NCBI GenBank assembly: GCA_017499595.2
Contig: CM038998.1
Span: forward strand, 4,402,001 to 4,466,000
Length of the DNA stretch: 64,000 bases
From: Psilocybe cubensis
Lineage: Eukaryota
Reading direction: 5' to 3'
Position numbers and translations under genes: made by a program
Part shown: piece by piece, positions 1 to 12,300 of the stretch
How the letters are laid out: each line of letters opens with the position of its first letter
Position numbering within the stretch: the first letter of the stretch is position 1
The notes under the pieces: generated by a model
Told to the model about the DNA's origin: nothing
Databases searched by the model: none
What the model saw: only the letters and a program-made list of their open reading frames with translations

Positions 1-250
1 CATCCTTGAGTTCCCAAACATCCAGGAGAGTTGGGATAGGGATAGATGTATGTTTTCGAACAAAAATCATGGCCTCGGCTTCTTGGGTAGCGACGGTCGA
101 ACCCTTGAGAACAGTCCATGGGTCAAGCTTTGTGACTGAACGTTTGAAATCAGGATTTCGATACAGAATACGAGCTATTCGTAGACGTAGTGGGACTAGT
201 AGGCGACCCAACCTGCGCCATACAAACTTGATCAAGTAAAAGAGGAACAT
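1..250 (-). CDS. Aminoglycoside phosphotransferase (APH)-like kinase family protein, 5' part (runs off window start)
   Basis: Manual translation from ATG at 250: MFLFYLIKFVWRR...VLKGSTVATQEAEAMIFVRKHTSIPIPTLLDVWE. The EAxAMxFVRxHTSIPxP motif is typical of fungal APH-like kinases. Not in the ORF track. Confidence 0.7.
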   Translation of the reverse strand, partial: MFLFYLIKFVWRRLGRLLVPLRLRIARILYRNPDFKRSVTKLDPWTVLKGSTVATQEAEAMIFVRKHTSIPIPTLLDVWELKD

Positions 251-776
251 GGGAGATTTCGTTAACATGACAGCAAATCAAAACCTTAACACCTACTTGC
301 CATTTAATAAACAAACCCTGCGTGAGAAAAGTCAATCGTCTTTTGCGCTGTCACGTTCTCGGATTAATCTGGCGCAAATTCAAGGTTTGGCGCTGTGTTG
401 CCACCATGGACGGCCTATACAGCTTGATACCTTTGATCCCTTGACTCAGATTGACTGACATTTGTTCTCAATGGTTCTGCCTTCAAGTTTCAGCTACCAG
501 TACAACCGGATCGCATCTGCTATCAATTATTATGTTTTGCCATCATATCTAAACTTTGGAATATGCACACTGTTTCCTCATCGAGTTTCATAAGATCGAC
601 TTTGAAATAGATTTTGTTGGTTCAGATGTCATTCCACACTTTGCCACTTGGTTTGAATGACGGGACGGTACCAGCCATCAGGCAATTTGCGTCGTAACAG
701 CGCAAAAGGCCTTTGGAGTAGAGAAGAAGAAGCACCATTTGAACCTTCGCTTCGAGGTATGACAGCAAAATCATTA

Positions 777-2097
777 TCAGTGTTTGTTGCGATCGTCCGA
801 AGGGTTTTGACGGTCGAGATTACGAACAATAGTCTATTAGGTGTAATGCATTAAAATACAATTTGCATCAGTGGTTCATGACTATAACTTGCCTCTAGTG
901 CATAGAGATGAGAATCAAAAGACTCGGGCGATAATTGTCGCACTGATTCAACGAGTTTGTAGAGATATTCCTGATTGCTTGTCAGCATCGCATGGCAGGA
1001 CAAGCGCTCAACGATTTGACATGCCTTGTTGGGTCCGGATGGACCTACAGATTTCCAAATTCGGTATCCGAGAGCGTCTAGAGGTTCAGAACCAACTGGA
1101 CACAAGGGTGAGCAACTCGATTTCGGATCGAGTAATCATAAACTTACTAAAAGAAGGGTTGTCGTTACGACCGACGTAGCACTGTCCAAAATACGATTAA
1201 ATGGCACGATGAGTTCAAGGAAGATGCAGATTCAAAAGGTCGCCAACTCACATAAGCCTAACCATACGTATGTTAGCCTAATTTTCTTGCGAGAGTGAGA
1301 GCTAGAACTAACGTCATGAATAATTACGGTCTCTGTACCGTTCGAATCGACGCCATATATATCTAGGGTCTCCATGGTATATCCATCCTGAAGGATAGAG
1401 GGTGTCTAGCCTATGTAACATAATGTAGACATTGAAATACCTTTTCCCTGTAATCTGTAACACAAATACAGATCATGGTGTTATCGGGATATCATAGGAA
1501 TACGTACCCAAATAGTCTCGAACCTCAGCTTCGTAAGCTGGGTCAATGGTATATGCAATTCCTTCAAGAAAAAAATAAGTGTCAACGTTTTAGAGGTTCC
1601 TCATTGGGTTACCAACCCCACACAATGTCGTCGTCTGGGAAAGCGTCCTGAGGGTGTAAAGTCGTTGAGTTATATATTGGGGTTGTTATTAAGTCAGTTG
1701 CCTACGGAACCCGAAAATTTGTCCCAGTCTTCCTTATGGATGAGGGTGACGACTCTTCCTGGACTCTGTAGTCAACATATGAGCCAACGAAAGTTCATTC
1801 ATTTTCGAAGGAAGAAAGTGGACCTCTGGCGTCCCTCGATGGTCATGGGACTTCTGTGCGAAGCGGCGAACATATCCTTTCAGATATCCTGGTGCTAGCA
1901 CATAGTTAAGTCATTTTCTCATGTTTTCGTATTCCTGATAGGTACTTCGTGATATAGTGTGTGGAGGGGGCTATACACTCGAACATCTGTTATCACTGAT
2001 TGCTCCGACTCGCAAGTACCTGAATGGAAAAGATAAATACCTTAAAAATAAGTGATCCATAGCCAAAAACGACAAATGGTTTAGATGTAGATCCCAT
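777..2097 (-). CDS. ChaC-family glutathione-specific gamma-glutamylcyclotransferase (multi-exon)
   Basis: Exons read MGSTSKPFVVFGYGSLIFK, PGYLKGYVRRFAQKSHDHRGTPE|SPGRVVTLI, YLDYREKDGY and SVGPSGPNK|EYLYKL, which are hallmark ChaC motifs. Confidence 0.9.
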
Positions 2098-2341
2098 TGA
2101 TAGGATCTAGGCGTCTAAGCGCCGTTCAAGCGTCTATACTTGAGGGGAACGTGAGGAAGAGGGAAGACCTAGATGGGTGACTAATACTAATAGTGAGCCG
2201 GCGGAGTTCAAAAAAATATTATCTTCCACTTTTGGAAAAAAATATATCCAGCGTCGCCGTGCAAACCTCTCTCCGCCTTCCAACAAAATCATCCATAACC
2301 GCCCACCGCCGGGGTCATATTTGAGGATATTCCATCGGCGC

Positions 2342-4378
2342 ATGCGCTTTCAGGGCATACTAAACCAATTTCTGACAGTGACACGCCGTACGACTGCCAG
2401 ACGATCTGTAGTTGCATTCACGCGTCCGATGACTATGTCTACGACGATTCCACACTCAAGACCATTGTCGGACTCCGAGGCGGAAGGACCCGCTTTAAAA
2501 AAGCAGAGGTTGGATATCGAGATTGAGACAGAGGCTGTAGAACCGACCACAAAAAAGCCTGAAGAGATTGTCATCTCATTGGAGTCGGTTCAGCGTAACC
2601 GAGCCCCAAAACGCAAGAAGAAGAGAAAAGAGCCGCCGCTTCCTGAGGCATGTTCCCCTGCAGATGTGCTATATCAGGAAATCAGGTCGTTGCTGGGTGG
2701 AGATGTCGTTGACTCGATCACAGAGGCTGGAGGCGCGTTCCAGTCACCGTATGAGTATGGAGAAGAGGTTGAGGTGAAGGTGGAAACTATCAGTTCTGGA
2801 GGTGAGTAACATAATGTTTGACGAGTGGTATCTTGTTCAGTTCCATTGCATAGGCACAGGGATCGCGTTGGCTCCAGCTGAGAAAGGGCCATGGGCAATT
2901 GTCGTTCCGTTTGCACTACCTGGAGAGACAGTCCGTGTTCGTATTGGAAAGAGCGACCGAATGCATTCAATAGGTTCGCCTATCGAAGTCCTGACAAGAA
3001 ATCCTGAACTGCGAGACGATTCTCTGGTGCAATGTAAATACTTTGGTTCTTGTGGAGGTTGTCAATATCAGGTGAGTTTCCGTTGCGTGGTCATTCCCAA
3101 TTACAACTCTTAAACTTTTCTATTAAGATGATCTCCGGGGAAAACCAACTGCGCCTCAAGCGAGATGTAATTGTCAAAGCATACAATACTTATTCTCGTA
3201 TGTGGCTTCTGTCATGTTATATTGGCTCCGATTAATAACTTTTAGGATAGAAATGGAACCGACTCTCATTCCTACCATTGAGCCCACTGTAGAATCTCCT
3301 CTGGTGTATGCTTATCGTACCAAAATTACGCCTCATTTCGAGCGCCCACCGAAGCATGTAAAACCAGACGACGTTGCACCTGGTACACAACCTCCCTGGT
3401 TGAAAATTGGCTTCAACCTTACGAACAGTAATGCTACTTTGGACATTGAGGTATGTCGCAATAAACCCGGTTACTTGTACATCGCGTTAACTATGTTCCA
3501 GGAATGCCCCATTGCTACCCCCATATTGAATAATCAATATAAATCAGATCGCGAAAATATCACTAAGTACGTATTCTTAATTTGATGACATTTGACGCTC
3601 ACTCATCTTACGTTGTATTAGAAATATATTTTCGTACAAAAAAGGCGTGTCGCTGATGTACCGTGATTCACTGGACACCTCATTCGATGCGTCGGAAATG
3701 ATGACTCCCCCAATTGACAAACTATCGGACGCATTTACACGACATGTCTGTGTCACTGACCAGAATGGCTCGGCACGAGAAATGGTCGGCGATTATTTGT
3801 TTGAATACAATGCTGGCGGATTCTTCCAAAATAACAATTCGGTTCTCCCTCTGATGGTCAACTACGTCAAGAATCTCATCAATCCCGGCCCGGGTAAAGA
3901 ACACCCCACACATCTCGTCGACACATACTGCGGGGCAGGTTTATTTGCCATCTCGCTCTCCTCGGTGTTTCAAAAGGTCGCTGGCATCGAACTCTCGCAA
4001 AGCGCAATTGCGTCAGCGAAGGCCAATGCAAAGCTGAATTCTATTCCCGATGATAAAATATCTTTCCTATCTGGGGAAGCGCAGAACATTTTCGCAACTG
4101 TGCAAGACTTTCCCCCGGAACAAACAGCGATCGTCATTGACCCCCCGAGAAAAGGGTGTGATGATCTTTTTTTAAAGCAACTTCTCGCGTTTAGGTGCAA
4201 CACCGTGGTATATGTCAGCTGTAACGTGCATACACAAGCGCGGGATGTAGGCAAAATCGTTCGAGAGACTGCAAATGATGGCGAAGGTAGACGATACCGG
4301 TTGGAGAGTTTGAGAGGGTTTGATCTTTTCCCTCAGACCGCACACGTGGAATCTGTAGCGTTGCTTCGACTTTACTGA
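2342..4378 (+). CDS. TRM2: tRNA (uracil-5-)-methyltransferase, TRM2/RlmD family (multi-exon)
   Basis: TRAM-like region (PFALPGETVRVRI), CKYFGSCGGCQYQ, GFFQNN, DTYCGAGLF, IDPPRKG, YVSCN and GFDLFPQTAHVE. Confidence 0.92.
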
Positions 4379-4917
4379 TGTTATGCTATTATTATTTCCG
4401 ATAGTACACCATTGTTGGGACCGAGAGGGATCCTCTCGCTTCATTTCCGATGATCTATTGTCACCAGTGGCGGCAGGCAAGAATCTATTGGAGGTTTTCG
4501 GCCGTAACTGAAGTCGTGGCATCCAATTACTCAAATGGCAAACAATCATCCCCACAGTCAACTTTTTTTTGCGCAACTGGGTGTGTTCGAACATAATCTT
4601 GGTATATCTTCGCCGCAACATGGAACACTGAAGATCTCGAAATTTTTGCATGTTTTGCATGAAGTACTATTGGTCAAGCGCCGCCAAGCCATCTAAGGCC
4701 AAAATTTCCGCTTTGAGTAATACCTTGATAAGATAAGATCCGGCGACCCACAACAACAATTTTTCGATCTCGTGGAGCGCCCTGAATCGCCACAAGTTTA
4801 CCCCGGATGCCCATGGTCCCCCAGCCCTAAATATGACTCGACAACGTATATAAAACCTGACCGTGAACCATACCTTCGATAACAGCACCCATCTCTAGAA
4901 CAAAATACCCGACCACC

Positions 4918-6534
4918 ATGGCCATTGACCACACCCAAAAGACGAACGGGGCTGCGCCTCACCATGCCGAGCTCGATGTGAGTTGAAGATCACAATTTTT
5001 TCCAACGAAATACTCATCCCTGGCTTTTACGTTCGACGACATGTAGGCTTCAAAGCTGGTCGTCACTTTGGCCTCAGAGCTGAAGCCAATACCCGATCCT
5101 GAGACGCTGGTCTTCGGTCAAACACAGACGGACCACATGTTGGTCGTCAACTACGATCCCATTACAGGTTGGGGAATTCCAGAGATCAAGCCTTATGGAC
5201 CTTTGTCTCTTGATCCCATGAGCTCTTGTTTCCACTATTGTCCTAACGTCTTCGAGGGGATGAAGGTGCGTTCGTTATGTATATTCATACGCCTGGAAAT
5301 ACTCACTCGTTTGTGCAGGCATACACAGGAGCTAATGGCGAAGCTCGTCTCTTCAGGCCTGACAAAAACATGGCGCGTCTTGCGCGTTCTGCTGAGCGCG
5401 TTGCCCTGCCTGTGAGTCCCTTTTGCCCTCGCCCTTTTCATACTTTGCCAATCCTGATTCCCGATTCTTGATCATCATTTCTGTCACCTTTAAAATGCAT
5501 ATTTATAGCCATTTGATACCAAAGCCGTCTTGGAACTGATAAAAAAACTCGTTGAAGTTGATGCTCGGTGGATTCCTACTATCCCTGGGTACAGTTTGTA
5601 CATCAGGCCAACGATAATCGGGACGCGTGCTGGTATGTGTTACATTTTTCGCCGATTTTGTATCGCCGCACTCACCGCAACTCGGTTTCCGTCTCACCTC
5701 ACCTGTTAATCAAATTGGCTGAATGTATTGAACAGCTCTCGGTGTCGCAGCATCAGACAGCGCGTGCCTATACGTTATTCTTACACCTGCGGGACCCTAC
5801 TTCCGTGGAACGGCGAAAGGGATCCCTCTGCTTGCCGTTGGTGAAAGCGTCCGATCGTGGCCTGGTGGAACTGGCGGTCACAAATTGGGCTTGAACTACG
5901 CACCAGGATTCCTTCCCCAGAGAATTGCTGCAAAACAGGGTTATGAGCAGATCCTCTGGCTCTTGGGAGACGATGAGAAGATCACAGAAGTCGGAGCTAT
6001 GAATTTCTTCGTCGCGGTCCAGAGAGAAGATGGAGGTATGTCGATGTCCATTTGCGCTTTTCTTGTCATAGCCCTCGTTTTCTTTGTTATTTTAAGCTTT
6101 CGGTGGTGTTGGAATTTGAATTTTGACCTTTTCTTATCCACACAGATGTCGATCTCATTACACCAGCCCTTGATGGTACAATTTTGCCAGGCATTACCCG
6201 CGAATCGACTCTCGCGCTCGCCGATGCCCACACATCCTCCAAAATCACACTTCCTGGTGTGCCTGCCACAAAGAAGATCTTCACCCATGAACGCCCAGTC
6301 ACCATGGCCGAGCTCGCGAAACACGTAGATGCAGGCCGTGTGCTAGAGTGCTTCGGAGTAGGGACCGCTGTGCTCGTCGCGCCAGTGGGACGTATTGGAT
6401 GGAAAGGGCGCGATTTGGTGTTGCCAGTGTATGAAGGCGGCCTTGGACCAATTGGAAAGGGTTTGGAACAGACGATATTGGCCATCCAGACAGGAAGACA
6501 GGAGTTTGAGGGCTGGAGTGTCCCGTGCTTCTGA
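4918..6534 (+). CDS. Branched-chain amino acid aminotransferase (PLP class IV, multi-exon)
   Basis: LVFGQTQTDHML, FHYCPNVFEGMKAY, LFRPDKNMARL, KLGLNYAP, TEVGAMNFF, ILPGITR and ECFGVGTA. Confidence 0.93.
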
Positions 6535-7486
6535 GTTTTTGATTTTTTGACTTCACGGGTTAATCCTTAGGTTAAGGTATGGACCTCGTTGTAGGCGCGT
6601 GTCATGGTTGTCGATTTTTTTGTCTTTTTTCTTGCTATGATGTAAAGTGGAAATTTTAATCAATGCTTTTCAGGAATCTTGGAACCAAATGTACCGTTTT
6701 GATATGTGTGTACGTGCATGAGTTCGTAGGTATTACATGAGTATGATAGCAAAGGTTTGGGTCCATCGATAACATGCTTGACTGCGACCGTCATATGATA
6801 AAATCGATGGACGAACAGGCTCCTTTTGAGACTCCAATTTTGATTTATCTCCGGCGATCTTTTATAGTAGTCTAATGTTATGAGACACTGCCTTGAGAAT
6901 GTGGCAATTCGCACAAGTCCAGAATTTGAAAGCTAAAAGGGAAAAATCTCCCGATGCAGTGCATTCACCATTTTAAATCACATCGGATCTCTTACGCATG
7001 CTAGTAAGACTCTACCTTGCAATGGAAGTTAGAAGATCTATTTACTATCATGCTCATCAAAACATAAGATGTAACAAATTCAAAAAGTAAGAATCCAAAT
7101 GCTGTTGACTTTTCTGCGTTTATGTCAACTACACTCTCCATTGTTCTTTCTGCCACCCGCGGAGAAATTCCGATTTACACACAATGACTCGGTAGAGTTG
7201 ATATATATATAATTCACGTCGTGGTCGATCCTGCCACCGGACAAGTCGTAACCATTAAACTCTCGCACCCTTTACCCTGTAAAAGCCACTAATTTGTGTG
7301 CAGAATACGCCCCTTAAAGCCCGTAGGGCTCCGTCACTGGACGCACGGTGACTTTAAAAACACCCTGACATTTGGAATTAGGGGAAGTTCGCCACTCCTT
7401 GACTTACCTCCTTGTCTTCTAGTGCCCCCTAGGTTTTCTACATATCTCTTCACTGGAAGACAGCGCACACTGTAGCATCACCGAAA

Positions 7487-8229
7487 ATGCCAAGTCTTCT
7501 AGCGCACCACGAATTAGAGCGTCGCCTGCTCGGATGGACAGGATCGTCATACGTTCCGCGGTACCCGTTTTTCGAAGGGCCTCAAGCGAGTGGAAGCAAC
7601 AGCCTAAACGGGAGTACTAGCAGCCTCGTAGCGTCAAGACATTCTCAGGACCTTAACAGGTGGTTTAATGACGTCGAATTGGCGGCACATGATTGCAACA
7701 TCCCACCCGAACAACACCCCGACGTAGCGATATATTTCTTGAAGGGCGATCTACGGGAGGTCATGAGCGAGAGGCGGAATGTTTATTTGAGACAAACGAG
7801 AAAGCTTTTCTGGGCATGGGAGGATTTCAAAGAGGACTTGAGGAGAATTGTCGGTATGTCCATCCTGCTCCCAGTGTGCGAGGGAAGTATACTGATCGAA
7901 TTTTTGTTTTTTTACTGCGATGCAATGCATGTTCGGCAACTATGGAATTAAATAGATGAGGCAGCGAGGAGTAAGTGCCTTAGGCATTTATTTTAAACAA
8001 TGCTGATTAGGATAATTTACTTATCTTGTGGAAATAAGTAGTCATCTCTCCCTCCACTATAGCAAGCGATGCGATTGAACAATTGCAAAGAGCTCACCCA
8101 TATATTGCTGTTTCGGTCAAGCTGGGCCTTATCATCGGGGGAACAGCCGTCCTTTTGCCAGCCCTCGGGGTCATAACGTGGAACAGGCTTCAGACGAGAC
8201 ACCATGTAGCGGTACAGTCACCGCAATGA
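7487..8229 (+). CDS. Hypothetical protein with a Gag capsid-like helical segment and a C-terminal hydrophobic helix (3 exons)
   Basis: Exon 1 ORF reads DLNRWFNDVE...AIYFLKGDL...WEDFKEDL, followed by a GTATGT donor near 7855, a 15-nt exon near 7956-7970, and a last exon encoding HPYIAVSVKLGLIIGGTAVLLPALGVITW that stops at 8229. Confidence 0.6.
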
Positions 8230-9396
8230 ATTATCTAGGAGAACGGGTTCGAGGGCTTTGATATTGATATCCAATAATTTAGGCGTGCTGGTTACTTACT
8301 TTTGTGTTTCGATATTGTACATTGTAATGGATCTATCTGGTATTGAAAGAAGACTTGATAGCGCCATTCTGGACCATGTCCTGAGGACATTCTGGATTCG
8401 GCTAAATGGTAAAATTGAGCTGATTTGTGAAGGATACAGTATTCCCCGGGTGCAAAAGTACGTTCCAAATGGCGGGACACACGGCTAACATTGCTGAGGG
8501 ATCCTTCATATAACAGCCAGCATTCGGCAGAAATTTGTCGTTCGTTCTCCCTGGCAAGGAAGACCCCTGGTAATCTCGTCATTCTTTGTAAGCGCCAGTC
8601 AACTAGATGATTTTTACTTTCTGTGGGCTCAGCCTCCGCAGGAAGAAGTAATCTTAAATCAAACAGATGTAATTTGGCTTGAAGTTCGACGATTAGCGGC
8701 CCTGTCCAGTTATTGCAGAGCAATGTTTACGTGCTTTTGTAGCCCTGAAACCCATATTGAAAGAAAATGGCACTTAGCATTTCATAAGAGGATGTGCTAT
8801 GACTTTGAACCCACCTTCATGGCTAGAAGGCGATTTGGATTTGTCGCGAAGGGAGAGTTGTCAGGTGGTAGCTTTGTTGCCAGAACCACCCTCATTCGGC
8901 ATCTGACCGGTTTAGAATGGGTGTAACAAAAAAAAGGTAGCGCCTTTTACGACAACTATCATTTCCTTTTCTTTTCTGTGATTTCTTCGTTTTTCATCAT
9001 TTGTCGAGGAGAAAAGAAGGTAGTGGGAGAAATAAAGTTGCAGGCGTTGTTTCGGGGCTTGTTTTCAATCCAAATAAACAAGCTAAAATAGGATTCACGT
9101 CCGACGCCGTGTAAACGGCTTTCAACAACGAGACTTGGTCCACGACTCAGACAGCACCAAGGCCTCGTTTCTGCAGGGTACATTGGATATATCACTCAGT
9201 ATGTATTACTCACCTGCACAGTGTCTTCAAGATGGCATCTGACAGTAGTACTTTTCAGCATTATTTTACGACTTTTAGGAGACCTCCTCGACGACGGTCG
9301 CTTGCTGCGCCTTTCAGATTTTGGAGGACGTTCAAATCTTCACCGAGCTCGACTGAATCGGTGACAGAATCGATATCTACACGCGTTTCCACCGAT

Positions 9397-12300
9397 ATGG
9401 AACCCTCTCAGTCCATGACGAATGGCTCGTCGAATCATCATGATCCTTCACCTCCTGCCGAGCCGCCTGCATCTACTTTCGACCCAGAAATCTTTCGTCG
9501 GTATCTGGAAAGTCTTTTGCCGCCTGTTATTGGCGCCAAAATATCGGATCTTGACTCGTTATTCGATGAGGAGTTTGATGAACGCGTCAGTCGCTTCGCT
9601 TCTGATACAGGTGGTGTAATATATGTTGTACAAGTGAAAGAAGAAACGGAAGGCGACGGTACGTTTCAGTCGTTCTTTTATGCACTGATCCTTAACATAA
9701 TGGCGCAGATGGCTCGAATACGACATATACATATCATCTTACGCCTCAACTCATGTATCACCCTTCACACGTAACAACACTCGCGCTCATTAAACGCGGA
9801 CCAACACTCGACCCAACAACACCGCTTGCTACCCAACTTCATTTTCTAAATCTATTTGGAGGCGATGAAACACCTTATGAGAGCTTACACGCTGTGGTTA
9901 GCTGTGGTGTTAAGCCTTGGTTTGATGCTTTCGTTGGAGCGAGGGGAGCGGGCAAAGATGGCGGAGACACCAAAATGGGTGAGTGGTCTCATTATTCTCT
10001 TCGATAAGGACTTTTTTCAACGTCACTAGGCATTCCTATGACCAAGAAAAAGTTTGCGGAACTTGAGTTGTCCTTATTGCACCTCCAGCAAAATGTCGAA
10101 ATTCCAGAGACACACCTAATCATTCACCCTATCATCCAGCGGGCCGTGGAACAGGTGAATATTTATTCTCCTGTTTTCATTTTCCCATTCGAGAAATCAG
10201 TGGTCATAATAAATCTCACTATCCATATTGACTTTTTTGTTCGTACTACTATGCTGACACTATTGAACCTATAGGCACATGCTGCCGGCCAGAGACCAAA
10301 CATTTCCAACCTCCCACCTAAACTACTCAACGACAGTTCTTTCCTTAATATGCTACACAACCACGTCAATGCATGGATCAAATCTATCCAGTCTGTCACC
10401 AAATTAACTCGCGATGTCTCTTCAGGATCCGCATCCCAGGAAATCAACTTTTGGTTAAGTTTAGAGAGGGCATTGGAGGCGATTGAGGCGCAGCTTCGGA
10501 GTGACGAGGTCTTGATGGTCATGGACTGTCTTCGCAACGCGAAACGTTTCCGTGCTACTGTCAGTTTCATGGCTGATACAGGGTTGACAGACGCTACTGA
10601 CATGGGTGAGTCCATACTTTGCCCAAGAGTAAGACTTTTCCAAAATATGCTAATATTTCGTCAGTACACAAATATAACCAGCTCATGAAAGATTTCCCTC
10701 TCAACGAGCTTCTATCTGCAACTGACCTGGACAAAGTTCAAGAATCTCTCGTGCTTATCTTCGGCCATATCAACCGCAAGCTACGTCTCTCGCCCTACCC
10801 TATCCGACGTGCGCTGCCGCTCGTCGAAGCCATCTCGCGTGACTTCAACGAACAGCTGTTGCGTATTCTCACCTCACACCGTTTGCCATACACACCTTAT
10901 GATACATTCGAGCGGCTGCTGTCGCAGACGATGAACATCTTCCGCACATGGGACGACCAGATCAAAGAGTTCACAAATGTCGCGCGTGAGGTGACGAGGA
11001 AAAGAAATGAGCGGTTCATTCCGATTAAGGTTGTGCCGGCCCACCTCAAGTTACAAGAGAGGACGAGGTACCTGAGGGATTGGAGGAAGCAGCATGAACA
11101 GCTGGCAGTGATGACGGGACCGACGAAGGGCCTTGGAGGAGTTGGTATGGAAGTTGGTGGTATGGACATGGAGGAGGAGGTTAAGGAGGCCTATGAGGTT
11201 GTGAAGAGGGTTGATGTACTGGACGTCAGTGTCGGTACGTATTCATCCACTTCAAGTTCTGGGACTTGTCAATTGAACAACATTTCTCGGGTCTGTAGAG
11301 GGGACGGAGATTTGGGTTGCTGCTGAAAACGCGTACAATGAGCGTGTATCAAGGGTGGAAAACCAGATCATTGCTCGTTTGCGAGACCGACTTGGGACAG
11401 CTAGGAACGCTAACGAGATGTTCCGTGTTTTCTCGAAGTTCAACGCACTCTTTGTGCGAGCCAAGGTACGGTTATTTCTATTTGTAAGCTCTATTAAATA
11501 CTAATCATTATGGATACAGATTCGGGGTGCTATTCAAGAATATCAGACACAGCTCATTGATTCTGTAAAGGAAGATATTAAACATCTACACGAAAAAGTG
11601 CGTTAGTACTCACGACTACGTTCATGCTTGCTCTTATATCTATTCTTCAGTTCAAAACGCAATATCGCTTCTCCGAAGCGTACCATATGTCCCAGATGCG
11701 CGACCTTCCACCCATCGCAGGTGCCATCATCTGGGCGCGCCAAATCGAACGACAGCTTCAGACATACATGAAGCGCGTCGAAGACGTCCTCGGAAAAGGC
11801 TGGGAGCACTACGCCGAAGGCCAAAAACTTCAGTCCGAAAGCACTGCCTTCCGCAAAAAGCTCGACACGCGCCCGGTATTCGACGCGTGGATGCAAGACA
11901 TCAACCGACGCAACATGGGCGTCGACGGTCGGCTCTTTGAGATCGTGCGCCTGCGCGGTGGCGGATTCCAGCTCGCGGTGAACTTTGACCCCCAGATTAT
12001 CACGCTGTTCAAGGAAGTGCGGAATTTGCTGTGGTTGAATTTCCAGGTGCCGCATACGATCTCTAATATGGCGAAGGATGCGAAGAGGGTGTATCCGCAT
12101 GCAGTGAGTTTGATGGAGACGGTGAGGACATATGGGCAGACGCTGGATTTGGTGGAGAATAATAAGGGCATTGAGTGGTTGGTCGCGGAATATAGGAATG
12201 AGTCGCAGAGGATGATCAGCAAGGGTGAGCTTTTTTTTTCTTTTTCATTGTTGATACCCTTCACTAAGCGGACGATTAGGTATGAACATTCGATGGGATT

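Noticed and set aside
11603..12264. Long antisense ORFs over dynein (likewise over BCAT, CHK1 and the F-box genes)
   Set aside because: Shadow frames of real coding sequence, with no independent motifs.
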